Assembly: GCA_049318005.1 (NCBI GenBank)
Contig: JBMOHE010000002.1
Coordinates: 13,824 to 77,823, forward strand
Length of the DNA stretch: 64,000 nucleotides
Direction: 5' to 3'
From: Patescibacteria group bacterium
GTDB taxonomy: Bacteria; Patescibacteriota; Patescibacteriia; Patescibacteriales; UBA12465
Every line of letters begins with the position of its first letter. Position 1 is the stretch's first letter. The translations under genes and the position numbers were made by a program. Shown piece by piece: positions 8,471 to 17,199 of the stretch. The notes under the pieces were generated by a model. The model worked only from the letters and a program-made list of their open reading frames with translations. It had not been told where the DNA came from and searched no databases.

Positions 8471-10003
8471 CTAAAGATACTTTTCAGCTAGTGACGCTAT
8501 GAAGCCACGAAGAGTTTGAACAAGCGTTACGGCGGCAATTTTCGTTGACTTATCAGCCAAATCCTTAATCGCATGGGCTAACCCGGAAGAATATTTATCC
8601 AGGTAATGACTGTCAATTTGAGCAAGGTCGCCGGTGAAAACAATCTTCGAATTTTCTCCAACACGAGTTAACATTGTTTTTGTCTCATGTAAATTCAAAT
8701 TCTGAGCATCATCAACAATAATAAACGCATCGTCAATTGTTTCACCTCGAACGTATTCTAGAACCGCAACTTCAATTCCGTTTTGTTCAAATATTTCATC
8801 AACATGCACCTCAAGATTAGAGGTTTTTTTACTGACTGGAAGCGGTTGAGAGGTTTGTCTTACTTTTTTCTCACTTCTTTCCGGTTTTGAATCTGCGCTT
8901 ATCTCCTCTCTTTCCAGTTTGATCAACGTTTTATCGCCCTTCAAAATTTTTAAAAGAGCTTGTTGAATTGGGCGAAGATAAAGACCAATTTTTGCACCAG
9001 CATCACCTGGCAGCAAACCAAGAGTTTTCTTGGGATCAACCGGAGCCGGAACACGATAAATTAATATTCGAGGATATATTCCCTTTCGTCTTTGTTCAAT
9101 GGCTGCGGCCATAGCAAGCAAAGTTTTTCCCGAACCAGCACCACCCTGCATAAAAATACATTGGTAAAATGGATCCAGCAAATAAAAAAGAGAAGCTGCT
9201 TGTTCCCAATTCGGTCGATTGTACTCTGGTTTTGTTTTTGGATGTATTCCGCATGATTCAATTTTCGGATTAACAATTTCGAAAATATCTCCTCGTCTAA
9301 TTGCAACAAATTCACCTTTCTTGGCATTCTTTTTATGAGAATAACCTATAAACGGCGAGCCATCAGGAACCTTTTTCGACCAACCATTAGATGGAAAAGT
9401 AAATTTCTTTTCCCAATTACCGTGAACTTTATCAAGAGGCACAAAAAAACTTGGTATATCCAGATCCTTTTTGTCAATTTTGGTTCTGGTTTTTTGATAC
9501 ATTTCAATAACTAAGTCTTTTTTATCTACTATTCGTCTAGCGACAACTTTAGCCCCTCTATCATTAGTAATAAACTTTACTTTGTCGTAACCGCGATATG
9601 GTTCGTGGCCCTTTGCGAAGTGATATAAAACGTAATTCAAAGTTGCAACAATCCGGTGATCTGGTTTGTCGGGATTAAGATTTAACTTACTAAAAATCAT
9701 ACCTGATTCTTCAATAAAATTTTTATCTCCGATTTCCTGGAAATGATCCATTTGTCGAATCGCCTCACGACATTCAAAACCAACTCTTTGATCATATTTT
9801 TTTCCATCTAGTTCGTCGGTTGTTGTAGCCGGAATAACTAATAGATTACCGCCTTTGCGAAGTATTTCGAAAGCTTCGGTATCGTCGATCGGAACGTTTG
9901 TATCAACAAGAATAATATTTTTTCCTGTCGGTTCAATTGGCCTAAGTGGCTCTTTTTTCTGTGCTCTCGGACGACTCTGTGAATTCCTTTTTTGATTATC
10001 CAT
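8471..10003 (-). CDS. PIN-domain plus PhoH-like ATPase (YlaK-type)
   Basis: N-terminal PIN-like ILVDTNVPIDD; Walker A GGAGSGKT; C-terminal PhoH blocks IIVDDAQN, FTGDLAQID. Confidence 0.85.
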   Translation of the reverse strand: MDNQKRNSQSRPRAQKKEPLRPIEPTGKNIILVDTNVPIDDTEAFEILRKGGNLLVIPATTTDELDGKKYDQRVGFECREAIRQMDHFQEIGDKNFIEESGMIFSKLNLNPDKPDHRIVATLNYVLYHFAKGHEPYRGYDKVKFITNDRGAKVVARRIVDKKDLVIEMYQKTRTKIDKKDLDIPSFFVPLDKVHGNWEKKFTFPSNGWSKKVPDGSPFIGYSHKKNAKKGEFVAIRRGDIFEIVNPKIESCGIHPKTKPEYNRPNWEQAASLFYLLDPFYQCIFMQGGAGSGKTLLAMAAAIEQRRKGIYPRILIYRVPAPVDPKKTLGLLPGDAGAKIGLYLRPIQQALLKILKGDKTLIKLEREEISADSKPERSEKKVRQTSQPLPVSKKTSNLEVHVDEIFEQNGIEVAVLEYVRGETIDDAFIIVDDAQNLNLHETKTMLTRVGENSKIVFTGDLAQIDSHYLDKYSSGLAHAIKDLADKSTKIAAVTLVQTLRGFIASLAEKYL

Positions 10004-10247
10004 TATCAGATTTTTTTAATTTACAATTACAACTATTTTTCAAAATATTAGTCATGCCCCCTCCAGTTGGCGTTTTTAGTGGTTAATATATATTATTTAT
10101 TCATAAATTGTTAAAGAATGTTTATATATAATCTTATTCTTTATTTAAAAATATTTCAAGTCTAAAAAATAGCTAATAAAAGCCCTATTTTTAAGATATT
10201 TTGACCGAACGAAAAACGCAACGTATAATAAATATATATAAATTATT

Positions 10248-10745
10248 ATGCAAACTCCCTATCGCCGCAAAGAAACCTATGTGAAGCCAAAACCGGATCC
10301 CTTTTTAACCGAGGCTAAGTTTTTAGAACTCAAAAATAAATTAGAACGCATGAAAGCTTCGCACCCCGCTCTTGCGACTGAAGTTAAGCGCTTAGCAGAA
10401 ATGGGCGACTTTTCTGAAAACGCCGGTTATCAAGATGCAAAACATAAACTACGAGGTTTGAACCAAAGAATTTTAGAACTCGAAGCTCATTTAAAAGTCG
10501 CCGAAATTTTTCATCCTAATAAAAATATTAATAAGGTTCAGTTAGGACACCATGTTACAATTGAAACTGGAGGCAAAGAAAAAACCTATACTATTTTAGG
10601 CGGGTCAGAAACTGATCCAACGGCCGGAATAATTTCTCATAGCTCACCAATTGGCGCCGCCATTTTAAATCATAGCGTTGGCGATATTATTAAGGTTATA
10701 ATTAATGATAAAGAAAAAATTTATAAAATATTAAAAATTTTTTAA
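10248..10745 (+). CDS. greA: Transcription elongation factor GreA
   Basis: Coiled-coil tip MGDFSENAGYQDAK (acidic D/E pair) and C-terminal GreA domain ISHSSPIGAAIL. Confidence 0.9.
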   Translation: MQTPYRRKETYVKPKPDPFLTEAKFLELKNKLERMKASHPALATEVKRLAEMGDFSENAGYQDAKHKLRGLNQRILELEAHLKVAEIFHPNKNINKVQLGHHVTIETGGKEKTYTILGGSETDPTAGIISHSSPIGAAILNHSVGDIIKVIINDKEKIYKILKIF

Positions 10746-10774
10746 TAATATTTAAATAAAATATCAAAACAAAA

Positions 10775-10802
10775 AAGAAGGGATCAATTCCCTTCTTTTT
10801 TT
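10775..10802. terminator. Bidirectional terminator between greA (+) and the SIMPL gene (-)
   Basis: AAAAGAAGGGATCAATTCCCTTCTTTTTTT. Confidence 0.7.
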
Positions 10803-10819
10803 ATAAACTTTTTTTAATT

Positions 10820-11557
10820 TTATTTTACTTCGTAAGTTAAGGTCACATCGACTTTAATTTCATTCTGACCTGATTGAATACTAGGAGAAGTAATTCCACC
10901 ACCAATTGCGGCTGAATCCATCTTAGCATTAGAATAACTCATCATAATTGGCTGACCTTGATCAGCGTTTTCATAAACGCCTTTTAACTCACCCAATTTT
11001 AATCCAGACTGTTTGGCGATTAACGCTGCTTTTTCCTGAGCTTTTTTAATAGCTAACTCACGAGCCTGATTCTTTAAAGCGAACTCATCGTCAATCGTAA
11101 AGCTAACATTACCGATTTGGTTAGCGCCTTTTTCGGTAGTTTTAGAAATTACATCACCAATTTTACTTAGATCTCTAATCTTTAATGTTAAATTCTGAGT
11201 AACTTCATAACCAACCAACTCTTGACCCTTTTCATTAGTATAATTATAAACTGGGCTTAAGCTATAGTTTGAAGTTTTGATGTCTTTATCTTCTATTCCT
11301 AAAGTTTTTAAAGCACTAATAATATCATTCATTTTATTTGTACCTTCGACAGTCGCTTCAGCTGCAGTTTTTTTAGCACCTGTTTTTAAACCAACTTCAA
11401 GATTAGCAATGTCCGCTTTAGCATAAACAGTCCCTGAGCCATTTACAGAAAAACGTTCTTGATTATTAATTCGATTAGCCATAACAAGCGCAACGATAAC
11501 AATCGCCGAAACAGCTAAGACCCCTAAACTAATCAGAAAGATTTGTGATTTTTTCAT
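10820..11557 (-). CDS. SIMPL-domain (DUF541) secreted/membrane-anchored protein
   Basis: N-terminal TM/signal helix; block resembling SIMPL family: ADIANLEVGLKTGAKKTAAEA...IKTSNYSLSPVYNY. Confidence 0.75.
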   Translation of the reverse strand: MKKSQIFLISLGVLAVSAIVIVALVMANRINNQERFSVNGSGTVYAKADIANLEVGLKTGAKKTAAEATVEGTNKMNDIISALKTLGIEDKDIKTSNYSLSPVYNYTNEKGQELVGYEVTQNLTLKIRDLSKIGDVISKTTEKGANQIGNVSFTIDDEFALKNQARELAIKKAQEKAALIAKQSGLKLGELKGVYENADQGQPIMMSYSNAKMDSAAIGGGITSPSIQSGQNEIKVDVTLTYEVK

Positions 11558-11639
11558 ATAATTATTTACTCCGCCTTAAGCGGAAATTTAATATTAACAA
11601 ACATATTATAGCACAAACTGGTTGATTCTGCGAACAAAT

Positions 11640-11665
11640 AAAAAAGAAGGGGGGCCCCTTCTTTT
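11640..11665. terminator. GC-rich bidirectional terminator hairpin
   Basis: AAAAAAGAAGGGGGGCCCCTTCTTTT; lies downstream of the 87-aa minus-strand ORF. Confidence 0.6.
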
Positions 11666-11692
11666 ATCAAATCTTTATCATGAAATAACAGG

Positions 11693-11956
11693 TCACTTAA
11701 AATATTTTGAGCCCTTAGCGAAACAAATGCAGGCCACGCAAATGCAAGTAAATGCCACCATACCAATACCACCAAATAGCATTAAATCAAAATTTTCTTT
11801 CGTATTTATGGCATGCGTATACATTACAAATTCTGGAGAAACACGACATATTATCGAAAGAATTATCATAAGTATTCCTGGAGGGCATAAAGTTAGTAGA
11901 ATTGGACGACTACCTTCCATTCTGTCCAAAAAAGAATTTAATTTTTTCATTACCAA
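11693..11956 (-). CDS. Small membrane protein (87 aa, two TM helices)
   Basis: Of three overlapping ORFs, the only one that ends before the 11640-11665 terminator; hydrophobic helices. Confidence 0.45.
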   Translation of the reverse strand: MVMKKLNSFLDRMEGSRPILLTLCPPGILMIILSIICRVSPEFVMYTHAINTKENFDLMLFGGIGMVAFTCICVACICFAKGSKYFK

Positions 11957-12035
11957 TAATTTTGAAGTTATACAATTATTTTATAATTTGTTAAAGTAAT
12001 AGATAATATTATAATAGTATACGTATTCTGTCAAT

Positions 12036-12068
12036 AAAAAAACCACCTTTTTTAAAGTGGCTTTTTTT
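12036..12068 (-). terminator. Intrinsic terminator after eno
   Basis: Minus strand: GCCACTTTAAAAAAGGTGGTTTTTTT. Confidence 0.6.
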
Positions 12069-12078
12069 ATTCATCTTA

Positions 12079-13368
12079 CTATTTCTTTAAAAATGGGAAG
12101 CTAACATATTCTGATTTGCCCTCAAGTTCGGCTTCAATCGCCATTAAACGATTATACTTAGCTGTTCTTTCGCTACGAGCTGGTGCGCCGGTTTTAATTT
12201 GACCAGTACCAAGAGCAACAACTAAATCAGCAATGAAAGCGTCTTCTGTTTCACCGCTACGATGAGAGATAACCGCTGTCATACCGTTAGCCTGAGCTTC
12301 ATTTACGGCTTTAATAGTTTCAGTTAATGATCCAATCTGATTTAGTTTAATTAAAATTGAGTTAGTAATTTTTTCGGCGATCCCCCTTTCTAATCTTTTA
12401 ACGTTAGTAACATATAGATCATCTCCTACTACTTGAACCTCCCAGTTAAACGCATCCGTGAAAGCTTTAAAACCAGTCCAATCATCTTCAGCTAAAATAT
12501 CTTCAAATGATAAAATAGGATGACGTTTACTTAAATCTTGATAGAAAGAAATTAATTCCGCGCTAGTCATTACTTTATTTTCTTTTTTCAAGTGATAGGC
12601 GTTATCAGAGAAAAATTCAGTCGCGGCTGCATCAATACCATAAACAATATCTTTGCCCAATTCATACCCAGCTTTTTTAACCGCCTCAGTTAATAAATCA
12701 AAAGTTTCTTCGTTAGATGATACGGCCGGAGCAAAACCTCCTTCGTCGCCAACACTAATACTATATCCTTTATCTTTCAAAACTTTTTTCAAAGCTTGAT
12801 AAATTTCCGCACACATCTGGACTGCTTGAGAAATTGATTTAGCGCCAACTGGTAAAATCATATATTCTTGAATATCAGTTGCCCAATTAGCATGTTTACC
12901 GCCATTTAAAACATTCATCATCGGCACAGGCATTTTATATGTTCCAGAAAAATTAGGATTAAACTTTGATAGATATTGATATAAAGGCTGGTTTAAACTA
13001 GTCGCCGCTGCACGAGCCACCGCCATGGAAACGCCTAAAATAGCATTAGCTCCCAAAACTGCTTTATTCTCAGTCCCGTCTAGATTAATCATAATACTAT
13101 CAATTTTTTCTTGCTCAGTTGCATCCTGGCCGATTAAGGCTGGAGCAATCTTTTCTTCGATATTTTTAACCGCATTTAAAACACCAGCGCCACCATAAAC
13201 AGCCTTATCGCCATCACGAAGCTCAACCGCTTCATAACTCCCAGTTGAAGCGCCACTTGGAACCGCCGCCCAACCACTAACACCGTTTTCTAAAATAACA
13301 GTTGCGGATAAAGTTGGATTCCCTCTTGAATCTAATATTTGAAGTGCTTTAATTGATTTTATTTTCAT
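12079..13368 (-). CDS. eno: Enolase (phosphopyruvate hydratase)
   Basis: 429 aa; ILDSRGNPT, SHRSGETED, IKTGAPARSERTAKYN signature blocks. Confidence 0.97.
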   Translation of the reverse strand: MKIKSIKALQILDSRGNPTLSATVILENGVSGWAAVPSGASTGSYEAVELRDGDKAVYGGAGVLNAVKNIEEKIAPALIGQDATEQEKIDSIMINLDGTENKAVLGANAILGVSMAVARAAATSLNQPLYQYLSKFNPNFSGTYKMPVPMMNVLNGGKHANWATDIQEYMILPVGAKSISQAVQMCAEIYQALKKVLKDKGYSISVGDEGGFAPAVSSNEETFDLLTEAVKKAGYELGKDIVYGIDAAATEFFSDNAYHLKKENKVMTSAELISFYQDLSKRHPILSFEDILAEDDWTGFKAFTDAFNWEVQVVGDDLYVTNVKRLERGIAEKITNSILIKLNQIGSLTETIKAVNEAQANGMTAVISHRSGETEDAFIADLVVALGTGQIKTGAPARSERTAKYNRLMAIEAELEGKSEYVSFPFLKK

Positions 13369-13410
13369 AGATTTATCTATTCCGCCTCGAGCGGATAAAT
13401 TTATTAATTT

Positions 13411-14448
13411 TTAATCTGCAATATATGTTTTTTGCAAATATTCTTCAGTTCTCACTATAACTTTCTTTAATGTTTTAACCGCCGCAACACAATGATCCCC
13501 AACAGTTGTTTCGTCAGACAACATAATCATATCAGCCCTATCAAAAACTCCATTAGCAATATCACTAATTTCAGCGCGAGTTGGATGTGGGTTTTTAATC
13601 ATTGAAGTCATGACCTGAGTCGCTAAGATAGCTGGTTTATTGTGCCAATGAGCATGTCTAATTATATTCTTTTGGATAATAGGCAAATCTTCAATCGGTA
13701 CTTCAATTCCTAAATCACCACGAGCAACCATAATAACATCAGAAGCAGTTATAATTGTATCAATATTCTTTAAAGCAATACCGCGTTCAATTTTTGAAAT
13801 AATTTTTACCTTACTATCCTTGCCTAACATTTTTCTTAAACGATTAACATCATCTTCAGTTTGCACGAAAGACAAAGCAATGTAATCCATTCCCTCCTTT
13901 AAACCGAATTTAACATCTTCTAAATCTTTAGCAGTCATTCCGCCCTTTTTAATATTTGTATGAGGGACATTAATTCCTTTATTAGAACTTAAAACGCCAC
14001 CAATAATTACCTCGGCAGTAATAACTTTATTTTTTACCTCTAAAACAGTTAATTCAATTGCGCCATTACATAAAAATAATGACTCGCCTTTTTGAATATA
14101 TTTATATAAATCAGCATTATCGATTGGAATAATACCACCGTCTTTATATGGTAACTTTGAATAAGAAAACTTATGAATCTCGTCAACGTGTAACATAATT
14201 CCATTTTCAGGCATTTTGCCAACGCGAATACGTGGACCCTGAAGATCAAGCATTAAAGAAACTTTTCTGTCTTTATGTTTTCTATTACGAGAATCAATTA
14301 TTTTCTTAATTCTCTTATACTGCTCGTAAGAAGCATGGGAAAAGTTAACGCGCACCATATCAACGCCAGCGTCAATTAAGGCTAGTAAATCTTTTTCTGA
14401 TTCAGTCTTTGGGCCGACTGTAGCGACGATTTTTGTGTTCATAGTCAA
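13411..14448 (-). CDS. pyk: Pyruvate kinase, short form lacking the C-terminal regulatory domain
   Basis: 345 aa; TKIVATVGP, MVARGDLGIEVP, LSDETTVG blocks; ends right after the A domain. Confidence 0.9.
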   Translation of the reverse strand: MTMNTKIVATVGPKTESEKDLLALIDAGVDMVRVNFSHASYEQYKRIKKIIDSRNRKHKDRKVSLMLDLQGPRIRVGKMPENGIMLHVDEIHKFSYSKLPYKDGGIIPIDNADLYKYIQKGESLFLCNGAIELTVLEVKNKVITAEVIIGGVLSSNKGINVPHTNIKKGGMTAKDLEDVKFGLKEGMDYIALSFVQTEDDVNRLRKMLGKDSKVKIISKIERGIALKNIDTIITASDVIMVARGDLGIEVPIEDLPIIQKNIIRHAHWHNKPAILATQVMTSMIKNPHPTRAEISDIANGVFDRADMIMLSDETTVGDHCVAAVKTLKKVIVRTEEYLQKTYIAD

Positions 14449-14497
14449 TTTATATAAAATATTATTAAATTTTTACCTCTCTTAGTATAAAGTAAAT

Positions 14498-14833
14498 TTA
14501 CTTTTTTGCCAAGGTTTCTTGATTTTTAATAAGTTTAATATTTCTCAAACCTAGAATTAATGAAGCAAGAATTATTAGCTTTAAGACATAGTGTCCATTT
14601 AAATCAATAAAGTCCTTAAACATCTGAGTCTTAGCACTAAAAATGAAGTGAAATATAAGCCCAATTGGTAAGGTCAAAAATACCCAATTTAACCTTGGCA
14701 CGTCTAAATTTATTTTTTTACACCACTTTGAAAGACGAGGCGCTAGAAGATAAATTCCAATGAATGATACGACTAAATCAAAGATTGCATAACCCCCTAA
14801 TCTAAACTGACGTATAAATTCAAGTACATTCAT
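14498..14833 (-). CDS. Hypothetical membrane protein (111 aa)
   Basis: Three or four hydrophobic helices; co-oriented between ackA and pyk. Confidence 0.55.
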   Translation of the reverse strand: MNVLEFIRQFRLGGYAIFDLVVSFIGIYLLAPRLSKWCKKINLDVPRLNWVFLTLPIGLIFHFIFSAKTQMFKDFIDLNGHYVLKLIILASLILGLRNIKLIKNQETLAKK

Positions 14834-14850
14834 GTTTGATATTTTATAAT

Positions 14851-16038
14851 TTAAAGACTAGCTGAAAGCTTATAAGCAATTTTTGCGATCTCTTCCATCT
14901 CGTCAGTCTTAACAACTAAAATCTTTACCTTAGAGCCAACTTGACTTAATTCAACTTCAACGCCTTCTGATATATTATTTAATTCCTTATTCAACTCTAC
15001 TCCCAAAAATTCCATATTCTCACAAATTCTTTCACGCATAACAAATGAACGTTCGCCAACAGTTCCGGCTAAAATAATTAAATCAACTCCGCCTAAAACA
15101 GCGGCCATACGGCCAATGTATTGCTTAATGCGATTAACGTAAATTTTTAAAGCTAAGGTTGAATCAGCATGTCCAGCCGCTTCGCTGGCAAGTAACTCTC
15201 TAAGATCATCGCTCTTGCCAGATAAACCAAGCAAACCGCATTCATTATTAAAATACTTTCCTAACTCTTTATAATCTTTATTTAATTTTTCCGATAAATA
15301 TAAAACGGCTCCCGGATCAAGATCGCCAACTCGAGTAGCCATAACCAAGCCTTCAAGCGGCGTAAAACCCATTGAAGTATCAATACTTTCACCATTTTTA
15401 ACAGCGGTTATACTGGCGCCGCCGCCTAAATGACAAACAATAACTTTTTCAGGCAGCGCTCCTAAAGTTTCGGCCGCCTTAGAAACAACAGACTGAACTG
15501 AAATTCCGTGATAACCGAAACGACGCAATCCTAATTCTCGTGAATCTTTAATCGGAATAGCATAATAACGAGCCGCCTCAGGAATACTAGCGTGAAAGGC
15601 GCTATCGGAAACGCCAGCTACGGGATGATTATCGCCAAAAACTTTTTTCAAACATTTGATTTCTTCAAGCGCCGGTGCTAAATGAAGAGGAACTTTTTCC
15701 AGGGCAGCGCTCGCCATTTCTAAATACTCATTATCAATGATTTTATTTGTTAAAAAATACTCACCCGGAGCGACAATTCTAATACCAGACAAATCAACTT
15801 CTTCACGCGAGTTAATTAATTTATTTCTAACTAATGACTCGGCAATAAACTCAACCGCATTAATATAAATATCTTTATCAATTGTGGTTTTTACAGACTC
15901 GTTATTAAATTTTTCCGCAACAACATAGATTCCGTCCTCCATCTCAAAATGCGCCGTATAAACTTTTTTCTCATCACTATAAAAGGAATATTTTTTAGAT
16001 GTGCTGCCGGTGTTGATAATTAAATATTTCTTAGCCAT
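14851..16038 (-). CDS. ackA: Acetate kinase
   Basis: YLIINTGSTSKKYSFY N-terminal motif, RFGYHGIS, ASKHA-fold length (395 aa). Confidence 0.92.
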   Translation of the reverse strand: MAKKYLIINTGSTSKKYSFYSDEKKVYTAHFEMEDGIYVVAEKFNNESVKTTIDKDIYINAVEFIAESLVRNKLINSREEVDLSGIRIVAPGEYFLTNKIIDNEYLEMASAALEKVPLHLAPALEEIKCLKKVFGDNHPVAGVSDSAFHASIPEAARYYAIPIKDSRELGLRRFGYHGISVQSVVSKAAETLGALPEKVIVCHLGGGASITAVKNGESIDTSMGFTPLEGLVMATRVGDLDPGAVLYLSEKLNKDYKELGKYFNNECGLLGLSGKSDDLRELLASEAAGHADSTLALKIYVNRIKQYIGRMAAVLGGVDLIILAGTVGERSFVMRERICENMEFLGVELNKELNNISEGVEVELSQVGSKVKILVVKTDEMEEIAKIAYKLSASL

Positions 16039-16058
16039 AAAATATACTTAGTATGAAT

Positions 16059-16085
16059 AAAAGAGTGATTATTCATCACTCTTTT
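16059..16085. terminator. Terminator hairpin between nrdB and ackA
   Basis: AAAAGAGTGAT-TATTC-ATCACTCTTTT, 10-bp stem with flanking A/T runs. Confidence 0.6.
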
Positions 16086-16111
16086 ATAAATATATCATTA
16101 TATTTGCCAAA

Positions 16112-17158
16112 TTACCACTCTAGGCTCCCCGTTGAATATTCCTTTACCGTCGACTCAAAAAAATTACTTTCTGTCATATTTCCCTGAGTAAATTCATCTA
16201 ACCAAGAAAAAGGATTTTCGGAGTTCCATTTTTTAGGTAAACCAAGTGCTTTTAATCTTAAATCGCCAACGAAATGGAGGTAGCTCGTTAAATTATCTTT
16301 ATTTAGACCGAGAATACCATCCTGAATGCAGGATATTCCCCAGGCAAGCTCATGATCAACTGCCCCTTCAATGTTTTTAATAATCCTTTCTTGAAATTCC
16401 GGTGTCCAAAGTTCGGGTTGCTCATGCTTTATTGTATTTACAATATTAATAAACAGTTTTAGATGCATATCTTCATCACGATTTATAAACTGTATCATCT
16501 GAGCGCTACCGGGCATTTTATTATTACGACGTAAAACATAGAAATTTAAGAAAGCGCTATAAAAATAAATGCCTTCTAAAATAACATTCCCTACGCATGC
16601 CTCTAAAAATAATTGATCATTTTCAAAACTTCCAGTTTGAAAAGTTGGGCTACCAATTTTATTAATAGCTGATAAAACATACTGATTTTTAGAATATAAT
16701 TCCTTATCGTTCTTATACATTCCGTATATTTCATCTGGATTAAAACCTAAAGCTTCAATCATGGTTGCATAACTATGCACATGAAGCGCCTCTTCAAAAG
16801 CCTGTCTAACGATTGCTAAAATTATTTCTGGTGACGTTATCTGATTAACAATATTTGTCGTTAAATTACCAGTTTGAATTCCATCTAAATTTGAGACAAA
16901 AGATAAACTGCGCATATAAACACGTCTTTCATTTTCTGTTAGAATATCTGTTTTACGCCAAGTTTCAATATCTTCCTGGAGATTAACTTCTTGCGGTACC
17001 CAATTATTCTTTAACATCGTCTTAAATATCTCATCAGCAAATGGATGCTTTAAGGGCGCAACTTGCATTAAGCCATCGTCTTCCCCATTTATAACGCGTC
17101 TATTATTTATTACCTCAGCATTCGACAAGGTATTCATCTTTCCTATTACTCTTCCCAT
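16112..17158 (-). CDS. nrdB: Ribonucleotide reductase class I beta subunit
   Basis: Di-iron ligand blocks EEALHVHSY and NRDEDMHL; acidic C-terminal tail for alpha binding. Confidence 0.92.
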   Translation of the reverse strand: MGRVIGKMNTLSNAEVINNRRVINGEDDGLMQVAPLKHPFADEIFKTMLKNNWVPQEVNLQEDIETWRKTDILTENERRVYMRSLSFVSNLDGIQTGNLTTNIVNQITSPEIILAIVRQAFEEALHVHSYATMIEALGFNPDEIYGMYKNDKELYSKNQYVLSAINKIGSPTFQTGSFENDQLFLEACVGNVILEGIYFYSAFLNFYVLRRNNKMPGSAQMIQFINRDEDMHLKLFINIVNTIKHEQPELWTPEFQERIIKNIEGAVDHELAWGISCIQDGILGLNKDNLTSYLHFVGDLRLKALGLPKKWNSENPFSWLDEFTQGNMTESNFFESTVKEYSTGSLEW

Positions 17159-17199
17159 ATATTTATGTGCTCGCCTAGCGCAAGCTTAATTTTAATTTA

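Noticed and set aside
11566-11999. ORFs 11566-11775 (-) and 11622-11999 (+)
   Set aside because: Both read through the strong GC hairpin terminator at 11640-11665 and overlap the more plausible 87-aa membrane ORF.
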